A DNA stretch of 64,000 nucleotides, from NCBI GenBank assembly GCA_040954595.2, contig CM082598.2, forward strand, positions 7,703,097-7,767,096. Direction: 5' to 3'. Shown in pieces: positions 11,641 through 24,776 of this stretch. The notes beneath the pieces were generated by a model. That model saw only the letters and a list, made by a program, of their open reading frames with translations, had not been told where the DNA came from and searched no databases. The position numbers were made by a program, and so were the translations under genes. Position 1 is the first letter of the stretch, and each line of letters opens with the position of its first letter. This DNA is from Balanoglossus misakiensis. Lineage: Eukaryota; Animalia; Hemichordata.

Positions 11641-14439
11641 TTCCCTACCTTTACACCATGATAAAAAGTTGCAGACCCTAGCGCTGGACGTTTTATCAGC
11701 AAGATGGAGGCCATGCAATGACAAACAACCGGAAAACATTTTCACATGAGCAAACGTTTTTTTTAAAAAACGTAGCATTCATTTTGTATGATTATGAATG
11801 ATTGTGATTTAAAAACATTGCTTTTGAGTATATAATGTGTCTTAAGTGCTTTACGCACAATTTCCAAAAAATCTCTGTGCCTAAAACACAGATATTCGAT
11901 CGGGTTGTCTGGACTATTGCCGCAGTGGCATCATGGGATAACGCATAAATCAGCATGACTCGCACTCCCACGGTCGCGTTTTTTTATATAATAATATCCA
12001 GAAGTAAAAGTGGCATCTTATTTAAATATTAATATCAAAATATACAAAATTATAGCATTCTAGATCCCAACAGTGTAGTAAACGCTCGCCGTAAAATGTC
12101 ATTTTGAACAAAGTCCATAATGCCCATTTTGTCACTCTGACCCGAAATTTGAGGATGACCTTGACCTTGACACCAAAGTTCAATTTAGCAATCAAAAGCT
12201 CGCATCTGACAATATAAGTTTGAGTGTTTAAATTTTATCTAAAGTTTAATTGGTAGCAAAGATATAGCAAGTTTCTTATTTTGGGGAATTTCGCAAAATC
12301 TTCTATCCGTCGTTATGGTTACAGAATTTTAATATAAATTACAAGCAAAGACGAAAAAGGCCTATTTTTCCCTTTGGCCCCAAGTTTTGAAGATGAACTT
12401 GACCTCTGACCTTGTCGGTCATGTAATCATTGGATAGGCCATACCCTACTTTATAAGACCCGATGTTTAAATTTTTTCTCTAGCTTTCTCAGATCCTGAA
12501 ATATATCATTTTTTAACTGTATGAGTACCCCTAAAATTATGCTATCGTTACCATGACAACCGCTCCTCACGGCCACACCCACCATTAATATGAGTGCAAA
12601 CAACCTGATTCTGACAGCTGGATAAATAGGCTTTCCAAAAATATATGTCTGCAAAACTCCCCAAGGGGGGGGGTTCGGTCTCTGGCCCATGGACTATTAC
12701 GTTATGAGAGGGGAAGTCTGAGGGTAATGGGACTTGTTGACTCGGAAAGTATTACAGATTTTGACAGCAAGCTCGCTAAGTTAAAAGAAGAATGGGCGTG
12801 TGATAATTTTTACAAGTGGTTTGCAAAGAACCTAGCAGATGTCATCACACAGAATATGTTGAAACCTGTTCGTACTGCAGCAGGGCTTGGAAATCCACCC
12901 AACAAATGGAGTAACATGCGAAACGAGTCAATGATTCTTGTACAAACAGGGAATAGAAAGAGCTTTCAGAAATTCATAGCATCTTTCACAGATTTACAAT
13001 GAACCAGTATAATGAATTACAAAGAGCTGTGTTCAAATTAGGCGAATACAGGTTACATGAGAAGTTCAGCTATTTAGAGGTGGAACCATCTCGTTGGATG
13101 GAAATGTCACAGCAACAACGGAAAGCACACCTCAGACTAGTTTTTGAAACTGAAAATGTTGTGTCTAGTGCTGCTGATCCCTTATTGCCTGTAACCAAAA
13201 AACTCAGTTTAGGGAGCAGCAGTATCAGAAATCTTCCCAACTGGCAGCTGTCTCAAATATGGGATAAATCAGCTGTAATACTATCTTATTTTGAAGTTAG
13301 CCAGCTTCCAAAGTCAGATAAGAAATTCTGTGTTATGGATAAGGATGAATCCTACTGTGTTAGCATAGAAAAAATCAAAAGTGGTCTTAAAATATCATGT
13401 GAGGAAAAGTGTTTTAACTTCAAGCACAACAATGGCTTATGTGAACACTGTCTAGTTGTAGCAGATGTAAATTGTCGTTTGGAGGCCTATATATCATACT
13501 ACAACAGTAAAAGTGGACCAAGGATAGCAAACGCTCTAAAAGGGACTGTCCCACGTGGCATTGGGAAAAAACCTGGAGCCCGAAAGGGTAAAAATGGAGT
13601 TGCATCCAAACCAGTCCTATACTTACTACAGTTGACAACAGTATTGACAGTCCAATTGTGTTTCGATACACAAAAGAATATCATAATAACAACCCTTTTG
13701 TTGCCACATTCATTGACGACGTTCCAAGTGCCAAGAAATGCCAATCTTGTGGGATGGAATTCCCACGTAGTAATCAACACACATTCATTCCATTTGATCT
13801 TGTAATCAGCCACAAAGAACGATATATGTATCCTAATAATGGGTCCTGGCAATATACCACTACAAGAGAAAGAGATGTCTTTTATGATCTCGATGTAGAA
13901 TGTATAAAACAAAGACATCCCTATTTTTGGAAAGGCATTTTTGTTATTCTACCTAATGTAAAGAGTCGACTCAAACCCGGTCAGTTAAAGCGATTAAAAG
14001 AACAGTTTCATTTTGTAGTTGACGAAGACTAGAGAGGATCTATGTAAAAAATACATTACAATGAAAATAAAGATTTTTTAAATGACATTCGTGGTGATTT
14101 GTGTCAAATCCCTTTGTAAAACGTTCAGCTAAATATACAAGATGATAGGAGAGATCAAAATACAATATTGATTGCATGGTCACACAATCACAAAATCACA
14201 AAACACTTTTTTTGTAAAATGTATTTTTTTTATGTCTGCACATCATTTACTGTAATGTTGTAAATGTCAGGATTCATACACCCAGAATCACATAAAATTG
14301 CAGGAATTTTAACCTTTGTTTTAGTATTACAACCAAAAACAAGTAATTTTCCAGGATTGATGACCAAAGAAATTAATTTTTTTATTGAACCTAAATATAC
14401 TTTTATCTGGAAAAACAATGAATAATTACACGGCAAAAA

Positions 14440-14561
14440 AGTTTCCAAGTTAGTTTTCAGGATTTTCCAGGAGTGCATGTATATTACTTTTGTTTAAAGG
14501 TACATCGTACTTCCAGGAACATTACAGGACTCAAGGATTTTCAAGGGCTGTATGAACCCTG
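14440..14561. mobile_element. hAT-like MITE terminus (…TGTATGAACCCTG)
   Basis: TTCCAGGA/TCAAGG subterminal repeats ending in the reverse complement of CAGGGTTCATAC. Partner end not found. Confidence 0.4.
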
Positions 14562-15620
14562 TCACACACACAAACAAACGGATTTTTGAGATGGTTTGAG
14601 GTCGAAAAGCAATGCGCTTGTCTACACCACAGTCCCTCCACTGTGTCTACACTGACAAAAGGTCATGACCCTGGATCACTCATGATGTTTCTCCTGTCTG
14701 GCATACAAACCATTAAACCAATGACGTAATTATCATAATGTTTGGTCATGCAAATTCAAAGTTTTCCGCTGGGAGTCTAAAAATAACCAATCCAGTGTAC
14801 TCGTACAGCTCACCCACGGTTACTAGAAGACCGTGGCCCCCTACAGCACGGTACTAGGATCTACGATTGAATCTCTAAGCATTTTTTGGCGTTGGGGTTG
14901 GTATTGAAATAATTTGGTGTTTATCAAACGTGTACATATAATAACTAGTACATGTAATCGCCTAACGTTTAGCAAAGCCTAGTCTTGTCCATGCCATTCA
15001 GACGCCAATGTAATGTATTAACTGACAGGCGAATTGCCCGCCAAAAAAGAATCCCGCCCCAAAAGGTCAATGTACGAGTATCAGGGCGAAGGATTAGTTG
15101 AAACAAAGCAGTAGTGTCCGTAAGCTTTCGAGGGTCAAACCCTGATGGGGGGTAAGAGTAGTAGTTATATATAGAAACACATGTAACTCACACAACACAG
15201 TATCATTGTCGAAATTTCTTTATTATCTTAATTACAATTCATGCCTCCCCCGCCTTGTGGTATTTAAGGAAATAGTGTCAGTTGCTGCCGCATTTTGAGG
15301 TTTCGATCTTTTGTGGTTTCGTTGTGCGCGCGCGTATATTCACTGTGTATATGTAGCAGTTTGGCATGAATCGTTTGCAGTTTGGCATGAATCGTTTCCG
15401 CGCACACGACGTCGACTCTACCACTACATAGTACCAGGCCGCAGACCAGGAACTGGCGACCCGCCGTTTGTTTCCAACGCCAAATTTGATTCTAATGTTG
15501 AATTTCTGAGAAAACAATTTATCTGACTTGTAGTTTTCTTAGCTCGCTTACGTTTTAATTTGGAAACTTTTAAAAAAATCATACGCCACCGTGTTGATGA
15601 CTGGCCCCTATTTTAATAAT

Positions 15621-15691
15621 GGTTTCGTCGTTTCGCTGTTTCGCTGTTACGTCGTTTCGCTGTTTCGTTGTTTCGCAAAGTATAACTAGCC
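15621..15691. repeat. Short (GTTTCGCT)n-like array ending in a probable MITE terminus (…AAAGTATAACTAGCC)
   Basis: About 7 degenerate 8-bp units. Confidence 0.55.
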
Positions 15692-16749
15692 GGCTAGGTC
15701 CCATGCATAGTGTACAAGATCCCTAAGCATACTTTTTTTTCCAAAAATGAGAATATTTCATGGTTACTCAAATCCTACTTCAATATTTTTCTTCTATAAA
15801 TATCGTCAGTCGATCCTAACTCAAGGTCGATCAATGTTATAGCTCTGAGCTCTATTTCAGGTTATGACACGAAAATAGCGTTGTGCGCATGCGCGAGGTA
15901 CACCCGCCATATTTTAACGGTTTTCTTGTTGTAAACACATCTAAAGGACTATGGCGCGGTCCCAGTGTTCGTCAGACATGTTTATCATCCTCATCCATTC
16001 GGAAAGGGCGATTTTATACCATCAGCGATGCTGCCGTTTGATGAGTTGATCGTTAAAAGATAGGTAAATCTTTTAGCTAGACTTTGCTGCATGTTGTCAG
16101 TCGCGTCCGTCATTGTAATGCCCGTATGGGTGCCGGTGACGAATACGAGTCAATTCAGTTCCGTTCATGACCATCTCGCATTTAGTTTTAGACACCAGGC
16201 AAATTTACTGTTACTTGTTGTCTGTACTGTTGGATATTGCAACGAAATGAACTATGTTTGCATTCTTAACCGGGATTGATTTATTAATAAACGTCTCCTG
16301 ACATTATTACAAGGATATCGCCATGTGTCTAAGCATCCATTTCTTGTGTTTAAATCATGAGTGAACGTGTTTAAATATAGAAGCTGATCGTCTTTGTATG
16401 TGCATTTAATGGCCAATGATAATTTATTTGACAGTTGTTTTTTGTAGAGGTACGATATTTCATGGTAAAAACTGCAATTTCTCAATCGTGCTACATCTGG
16501 AATGTACACTGAGTCTGAAGCAAAGGCTTTGTCATTGCAAAATCAACATTATTTGGAAATTCTTAAATCAATTGTAAACAAAATAACTATCTTAAATCAT
16601 GAGCACCACCTTCGTCAATAGTGTAGGTGGGGAGTTTTTTAAGATGTAAAAATAACCTTTTATCTAATATTGCTTCATTTATTTTCAAGCAAAGAAAAAG
16701 TGTGTTTGTGTGCGGGGGGGGGGGGTTCAATGGTACCCCTTGTTAATTG

Positions 16750-17018
16750 GCTTTGCTGCAAACTCACTGCAATGTTCAAATTTCCAAGGTGGCAATCTTG
16801 ATTGCTGTGAACTCACTGCACTATTCAAATTGCTGTGAACTCACTGCAGTATTCAAAATCTTGTTGCTGGAAGTTTGAAGCAAATTTGCAAGTCCCCTAA
16901 TTTGCATGGTAAAATCAGGACTGTTTGCCACTTTGCAGCAACAGTTTGCAGTGAGTTTGCAGAATCCTGCTGCAGATTTGCGGGAGGAGTTTGCAGCAGG
17001 CCCTTTTTTTCGTAAGGG
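16750..17018. mobile_element. Probable right end of a CMC/EnSpm-like non-autonomous element
   Basis: Multiple AACTCACTGCA / TGCAGTGAGTT subterminal repeats in both orientations; terminus TTTTTTTCGTAAGGG. Left end not found. Confidence 0.4.
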
Positions 17019-19102
17019 AAGGGGACATATACCCCCTGCTGATACCATCCTGAATGAAACACTGAATATAGAAGAAAATCAGACAAAAGCCTCCTTAGCT
17101 CCTAATTAACAAAAACTGGGACAGATAATGTCATAACACAAATACAAAGCAATAACATTGTTTCTGATACAAAGAACTTGTATTGGGTTTATACACTCAT
17201 CTGTATTTCAAATCTCATTAGAACATTGTTGGAAGAAGTACCATTTTTATCATTTTCAAAGACAGTGATGATAACTGGAAAGCACCCCCTTGTCTGTGAT
17301 AGTTCTGGGAACATGCATGGATAGCCATTTTGCCTGAGTGTAATTACCAGGGGAGGGTACAAATTCACAATCTTTTGACATTCATATATTTTCCTTTTTG
17401 TCATTCTGTATACACTTTCCTTCTGTAGTTTTTCTCTAGCAATATCTGTAGTAGGTATGTGAGAAATAACACAATAATTTATTGCAGACACAATTGGTGT
17501 TCAAGAATGTGGTCGATAAACAATTCGTTTCACTAACAAGAATGACATAAATAATATTCTATCATAGCTACAAAAACCAAGTGATCATAGGTTAGCATGA
17601 CATTAAACTGAGAGCGCCTGAAACACTGTTCGCTTAACAATCGACATTTGTGTCACCTTGAATGAACTCGCACAGGTCAGAAAGGTCATTGTCTGTTGAT
17701 ATGGTAATTGGTATCTATGTGGAGCGAGCCACTGTAGAGATGCTAATCAGACTCTAGAATGATTGACTATACAGTTATACAGACAAAGATGGAAAACTTT
17801 GGATTGTGAAAATAAAATATGACGAGCAGTTTATTACTAGTAAAAACTTTGTACGTCCAGCACAAACAATTAACAGTTTCCATGATGTCATTGTTACAAG
17901 TTGTGTGCCCCACTCACAGTCTCTCGATCCACACAGACACCCCACTCACAACTCACGGATAGACTGACTGACTGGTTCACCTTTCCACAGATTTTTGGAC
18001 AATCATTTAACGTCTTGCAGAACAAGTCAGAGTTGTGGACTAATATTTTAGGGGTACAAAACGCGCATATCACAGAGCTGGTTTGAGCTGACCTGCATTT
18101 GGAGCCCACATGAAAATGTGAGCAAACATATATTGCCGTGTCTACAAGTTGCCGTCTGCAGTGTTGAATTTCATCAACAATTTGTCAAGTTTTCACAACT
18201 TTAATTTTGCTGCGACATGTTCTGTCCGTGCGGTAATTTGTAAATTTTGTCCATTAAACATTTCAGTCCACCCGAACCATGAATAATATCAGCGGACATT
18301 TATTCTGAAACACCTGTAGATTATGGGCGTCCATGATGAGACGGACAGTGTAAATTCAGTTCAAAAGTCACTTACTTGTGGGTTTTTATCTTCCTTGGAA
18401 GCCATTGTTATGTCATTAACATTGCTTTGGAATACATCAATAAATTACACCATGTTGCAGTCTTGAGTTCAACTGGCAAGTTAGTTTTGTTGGGATCGCG
18501 TTGTCTAGCTAATCATTTCATTTTGAAGACTGTATCTGTAAAAAAAAGTAAATAAGTAACTATAAGTAAATACAAGCTGCACTACAAAGAAAAATAAGCA
18601 TCTATTTGTCAGAATCATGATGGTACACAGAATATTAATGAAACTGTTATCAGTTTTGCAGGTTCTCTTGTACACATCCATAAATACACATTTTGACAAA
18701 ACAATCCATTCACAAAATGTAAATGTCAAACAAAATATATTGTGGAAGCTGCAATTATTATTACACAATTCTCATTCCATGTTCTCGTTTTGGTTTTTGG
18801 CGACATTCATGTGATAGTAATTACTACTTTGTTTACTATTGCAATATCAAGTTATTAAATTTATTTGCTTTTTCATATATAGTGAAACACATAACTGAAG
18901 TTTTATGGGCCAAACTTGACTTCATAATTGTGCCTTCTTCATTCTGTCAAGATTTAGTTAATCTACATTAATTGTAGACTTATCGAGTCAATCAGAGCAA
19001 TTAGCACCCTTCCCAGGAACCCATGCTTTAGACTGTCAGCAATCATCACTCCCCAGGCACGATCACAAGATCACATTTCCCAGCAAGGGCTATCAGGTTT
19101 TA

Positions 19103-20182
19103 GGGACCGTTCAGTTTTTACGTTTAGGGTGGGTCACATACGTTTGCCACCAAACTTTTGCGTTTGAGTCCACAAAATTGCAGTTTCGCGCCCTTTATTT
19201 TACAAAATTTTCTAATTTCTACACCCACCACTTCATTCTCCGCCACATTTCATTTTTTGCCGGTTTGTCTAGTGTACCAGGGCAGAGTGCTTGCCACTCC
19301 AACCCCACCGATGATAATATTTGTTTAACAAAGTAAATACATAAAAGAGAATAATCGTTTAAACCATTTCGCATAACTGATAGTTTCGCGCTGCATCTTC
19401 TATATACTGAGAAGTTTTATAAATGATGTCATGACGAAGATGACGCCAAATCTTCTAACTTTGAGTGGAGTGGCAAAAAGTGAAATTGGTCCTCCCAAAC
19501 ATTGAGATAATTTGCTTTTGAGTTCATTAAAATGCAACTTTGCGCTACATATTTTACATTTTGTATGGCAGGAGGACACCCCCTCCCACACCCACCCCTC
19601 CACTCTTCGCCACATTGCATTTATTCGCTGGTTTGTCTAGTGTACCAGAGCAGACTTCTTTCCACCCCACCCCCGATGCTTACTTTGAGTAGAGTGGCAA
19701 AATTACAATTTGTCCTCCTAACATTGAGTTAATTTGCTTTTTAGTTCATTAAAATGCAACTTTGAGCACCGTATTTTACAAAATTTTCTTATGTGGGAGG
19801 CGGACACCCCCTCCCACGCCCACCCCCGCCACTTTTCTTGTTTAACCAATTCTAGCAACTATAATTCTATTGACTTGTCATTTTAATTTGTTCACATATT
19901 TCTTTATTGCAACGATATACTATTATATACTTCAATTACTTTAAGAAATTTATAATTGAGGTGTGAGGAGCCTCATTCCCTTTATTGCATACAGTGTACA
20001 TAGGATCAGGACCGCGAATGTTTTCGGCGTGGGGGGGGGGTCATCATATAATTGGGTCTGTCAAAGGGCGGGGGGGGTCATCATTTTTTGCTCCTGGGTG
20101 AAGGGGGGGGGGGTCGGCCTGATTTTGAAAACCAATGACACAAACTTGCCCCCCCCCCCGGCCGTAAACACTGAACGGTCCC
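19103..20182. mobile_element. TWA-flanked MITE (Zator or PIF/Harbinger-like), copy 1
   Basis: TIR GGGACCGTTCAGTTTTTACG / CGTAAACACTGAACGGTCCC; TTA on both sides; inverted relative at 61350-62135. Confidence 0.85.
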
Positions 20183-20937
20183 TTATTGGGCCAGTGGCAT
20201 GCTTGACCTACATGTTAGCTTTGGAAGCAAAGTTGACAGCTAGATACTAGACTAAGATAGTGCATGATCACATACAGGCCTAGATGAATCATTACAGACA
20301 CATAAATTATAATGTCCTTCATAGTTGCATAGGTGCATGCAGGGACAGTTAAATTCTCTTCATCTTAATTTCATTTAAATGCCTTCAATGTTTCATGTTG
20401 GGATTGGTAACAGCTTGGAAATGTAATTCGCCCACGCAGTTAAATTTAGATAACGACAAACAATGTTCTCTTTGTTTGTGATGTAGCCCTTATCAAAAAG
20501 GACAGGTACGGCCCCCTTTGGCCATAATGCCCTGACCATATCATCGATCGCCTCATGGCATCACACAGATAAACACACAAAATTTTAAGAGGTTTCCGAG
20601 GGTACTCCATTCAAAATTAGTTTTTTTCGTGATCTTTAGAGATGGCAAAACGTTGGCAATGGCAAAGATGCTGAAAGCCTGTTGCCAAACATTCTTTGAG
20701 AAATCGTGTTAAGGATGTATGATCAGTAAAATTTAAAGTATTGTAATTTCTTTTTAATTGTACATTTTCGGTTTCTCCTTAAATTATAAGCATTAAAAAA
20801 TAGGTGATAACATATAGGTTTCACCGCACTTGTTTTTGAAATACAAGACTGTGAATGAGTCAGCATTTTTCAACAATGGTTTGTCTATGGGCAAAACACT
20901 TAAAAAAGTTTTTCTCAAAATAGAGCGCGGTGACCAC

Positions 20938-22361
20938 AAATACTTACCGAAATTAGACATTTTTACGTGCACTTGTACATGTCAAATAACATTAACACCG
21001 ATAATCAAGATTGTAATACCTTCTTTAACCCAACAAACATACCTAAATTGTCAAAGCTTGAACATGAGCGATGCGAAGGTCCCCTTAAGGAAAAGGAAAT
21101 ACTAGAATCGCTAAAGTCATCCCCAAAAAACAAATCTCCAGGCAGTGATGGGTTACCACCTGAATTTTACATAGCCTTTTGGGACACGCTTGGTACTAAG
21201 CTTGTGGACAGCCATAATTATGCCTACGAATCGGGACCTTTTTCACAAACCCAGAGACAAGCAGTAATCACCCTCATTCCGAAAACAGGCAAAGACCCCC
21301 ATAACATAGAAAATTGGCGCCCCATTTCCCTTTTAAACTCTGATTACAAAGCAGCAAGTAGGAGTATCGCTACTCGAGTTTCTAAAGTCCTACCTTCAAT
21401 TATTCATCAAGACCAAACAGCCTTCGTCAAGGGCAGAAGTATAATGGAAACTATACGGCTTGTTTCCGATTTAATTGAATACATGGAAAATGAAAAAATA
21501 CCAGGTGCCATACTGTTCATAGAATTTAAGAAAGCGTTTGACAGCCAGGAGTGGAGTTTCATGCTTAAGGCACTACAATTATTCAGTTTTTGTCAACATT
21601 TCTGTAAATGGGTCAACGTTTTCTATACAAAAGTACAGAGCTGTGTCGTAAACAATGGGTATTCAATCGGTTGGTTTGAATTAGAACGTGGGATAAGACA
21701 GGGATGCCCTCTGTCGACAGCATTACTCGTAATATCAATTGAGTTGCTGGCAATAGCCGTAAGGAATTCGGAGGATATTGAAGGAATTACTCTTACCCCA
21801 AATATCAAAAAGAAATTTCAGGTTTTGCAAATGCCACAACTTTATTCTTAAATGGTATAGCAGACATTAAAACAAGCATACAATTATTAAAGGAATTTAC
21901 GAATTGTTCAGGGTTAGAAATAAACTACAATAAAACAGAATTACTTTTAGTAGGACCAACGAAACGTTTGTTGAAATACTCCGGTGATATTCCGCCAGTT
22001 TTTCCGATACTAAATCACCAATCAAATTGCTCGGAGTGTACATTGGCCACGACACAGTTCAAAATGAGAAACTTAATTGCTGGAATATTTTAAGAAAACG
22101 TCGAGATAAATTAGACATATTGAAAGGTAGAAATCTGACAATAGAGGGTAGAGTACTTTTTCAAAATGCTTGGAATTTCAAAATTAGTATACGTTATGAA
22201 AGCAATTTCTGTTCCTGAAAGTTTTGTAAAAGAAGCAGACTCAATACTTTTTAAATTTCTGTGGAAAAATAAGAAAACTCATATAAAAAATGTTACAATT
22301 ATGGGGGATTTAGATAAAGGGGGCTTAAAATGATTGACGTTTTGGAAATGAATATATTGTC
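20938..22361 (+). pseudogene. 5'-truncated Tx1/L1-type LINE ORF2, RT part (continues at 55684)
   Basis: KSPGSDGLPPEFY, NWRPISLLNSDYK, IIHQDQTAFVKGRSI, ERGIRQGCPLS, broken FADD box, GGLKMID; multiple frameshifts. Confidence 0.88.
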
Positions 22362-22468
22362 GACAGCGTGTTTTCAGTGCTCCGACAAAAACTTCAAAAT
22401 TCTGCCTACAGAATAAGGTAAACTCAAGCTGGGTTTCCTATACTTGTGTCATTACGCTAAATCCCACC

Positions 22469-23074
22469 ATGGGCATCGGATTAGAGGCTTGGAGAGCTGG
22501 AATTGGGTGTTTTTCACAGCCAAGAAGTTGGAAAGCGGTATCTCTTGACTGGTACACTCCGTACACGACATGGTCTTCACTCAACGAATTTGGCTACAGG
22601 TTGTTTTCCTGCCTATTTGTATCCGGATTAATCATCTTAGCAACGGAATCGTTACTGTTTGGCACCAACGCATTTTGGTTTTGGCTACAGGTGAGGGGAA
22701 GTTTGTCTTTTCAAGAACATTGCGGTTGTTTTTCCGCTTCAAACAACTCAGGACTCGCGTCAACATACAGTGGGTTACACGTCGACGCCTTTTACGTAAC
22801 ACGCACCTGGACATTCTCAAATTTGACTAACAGTGAAAATGGAGAGTCGCCGATTTGGACGCTGTATACTCCAACGATTTTGTTTCAAGCTGGCGACGTA
22901 GAACTTAATCCAGGTCCACCAAAAACACGGCAAATGAAACTGTATGGAAGAGGCGATTTGTTAGATGTGGAAGATATCGATACTGAAGAGGAAACGAGTG
23001 AGTCGTTACTATCAATACTAAAAGTGATTCGTACCGATATGAAAGGACTACGAAAGGAAATGCAATTAGTAAAT
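22469..23074 (+). pseudogene. LINE ORF1, 5' half: hydrophobic leader, 2A-like peptide, start of coiled coil
   Basis: MGIGLEAWRAGIGCF leader, hydrophobic stretch, ILFQAGDVELNPGP at ~22877-22918; joins 51431 as ..MQLVN-KTVRDIQ.. Confidence 0.8.
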
Positions 23075-24051
23075 TAAAGCTGCAAGCAGCGTTGAAGGGG
23101 CCCAAGCATAGAGTTAATAACCATTAGACGTCATTCAGGGTTGTACCATTCAAATGCTTAGGCTGTATTTGCTCTGGATGTGGAGACATGGGGAAGTAGG
23201 CAACCACCCGAAATGGATGTCTTACAAGTACAAACACAACAACCAAAGGTGAACTTCTACGTTGTAAGTACTTCAGTTACTTCAAAGGTCAGCTGAGGGT
23301 ATCCAAAACTTGGGCCAAAAATTAGGATTCTTATTTGCTTCATATTCAAGACGACGGAAAATCCTCGCTGTTTGGGTTTGTCAAATTAGATATGGCCATA
23401 ATAATGAGTTACGCAAGTAAGTTACAGGTAGCCCCTAAAATTTAACATTTCATGACGCAGAGGGTCCTACCCTACCCCTCCAAACACCTGGCTATACACG
23501 ATGTGCATGCTAACATATGGAAAGCAGGTCAATGGACACCTGATGTCACCCAAAAATTTGACAAAAAATGTTCATCCCTGTTTATGTCATGTGCAACAAA
23601 TCCTACATTTGCAGCCCTTTCACTTTACCTACCATTAGGTATGCACGTAATACATGAATCAAGCAGGTGTCGCAGGTATCCGCCTGTATTTGGCATTTCA
23701 TGATAGTTTCGCTCAGAATACCAAAGCTGCACTTGTACAACGGGCTGAGATATGGCACTGTACGACAGAGGTCATCCAAATCAACTTATACATTTGGGCA
23801 AAACAAACTGACACTTACATTCGTCCCTGTGGAACAAAAACCACACCTATTGCCCTGGTGGTTAGTGTCCAATTAAATGTACAAAATCAAAGACTTAGGC
23901 AGGTGCAACAGGTGACCCCGCCTTTGGTATATCTTTATGGTCCCATCCGTATACTCCCCCCCCCCCCCCACCCCACGCCAAAGCTGCATGCATCTGCTGT
24001 GGATGCTCACTAAGCAAAAGTAGGTGAAATGTCACATAAGATCACCCATAA

Positions 24052-24776
24052 GGCTGCATTCACAAACACCTCTTGAGGGGGGGGGGCGGAGAATTCAATT
24101 TTTTACCGCTAATTTTCACATGCCCCCCGTACACAACCCGAAAAATTTCAAATCCCCCCCTTCCGAACTGCCAAAATTTTGAAATCCCCCCCCCCCCATT
24201 TTCTTTCACAGAGCAAAACACATCACCTTGTATTTTCCTTGTAAAAAAAACAGCGCTCCCATTTTTTAAGTATTTGTATCCTGTGTTGGGAGACATTGTA
24301 AACCGAGAATTGAAGGGGGTGGGTTTGGGATGCGGTGCACGTAAGAAAATTGTATAAAATACAGAGCTCAAAGCTGCATTTTAATGAACCCGGCAAAGGC
24401 AAATGAACTCAACTACCGGTATGTTGGGGAGGACAAATTTAACCGTCGACGCTCAGAGTTATCATGGGGTTGGGGCAAGTCCCCTGACCTGGGACACAAG
24501 ATAAACCAATCAATGATTGAAAGGTGTTGATGAATGGAGGGGTGGGTGTGGGAGGGGGTGTCCCCCTCCCCATTATAAAATTTTGTAAAATAAAGGGCGC
24601 GAAACTGCATTTTTGTGGACTCAAAATAAATTTTTAGTCGTCAACGTTTTCAAGTCCCCCCCCCCTTTCAGTCCCTAAATTATTTCAAATCTCCCCCTTA
24701 CATACCCTCAATTTTTTCAAATCCCCCCTCAATTCTCCTGCCCCGCCCCCCTCCTGAGGTGTTTGTGAATGCAGCC
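24052..24776. mobile_element. TAA-flanked MITE (PIF/Harbinger or Zator-like), 725 bp
   Basis: TIR GGCTGCATTCACAAACACCTC / GAGGTGTTTGTGAATGCAGCC; TAA at 24049-24051 and 24777-24779; empty site CCCATAACTTGACAGG in the paralogous unit at ~49730. Confidence 0.92.

Larger units (their letters stand above)
3440..12696 (-). mobile_element. Decayed Academ (AcademX-type) DNA transposon with long TIRs
   Basis: Termini TAGTCCATGGGCCAGAGACCGAA / TTCGGTCTCTGGCCCATGGACTA. TTA TSD at 3437-3439 and 12697-12699. TIRs of several hundred bp (right ~12030-12696). Minus-strand remnants DYARY..M..IP..V..N.GDF..LKGAGGVIG (11090-11414) and SEEADTRIVL XPG-like motif (~5425-5455). Confidence 0.85.
754..14032 (+). pseudogene. 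MULE/Mutator-like DDE transposase pseudogene with SWIM finger, split by two insertions (pieces ~754-1045, 1540-2737, 3345-3439, 12700-14032)
   Basis: Motifs LGIDPTFRLG and VWGTDGETAL (two catalytic Asp). Removing 2738-3344 restores HLRCFAH (CxxH). Removing 3440-12699 restores NDILRYERGSLRVMGLVDS in frame. SWIM-like ISCEEKC..GLCEHC and a C-terminal CQSC..HKE..CIKQRHP domain. Putative GT-AG intron 1046-1539. Several frameshifts (~1715, ~12950-13000, ~13615). Confidence 0.8.

Noticed and set aside
3429-12690. Near-identical ~80-aa ORFs on opposite strands (3429+, 12451-)
   Set aside because: Chance ORFs in the Academ TIRs.
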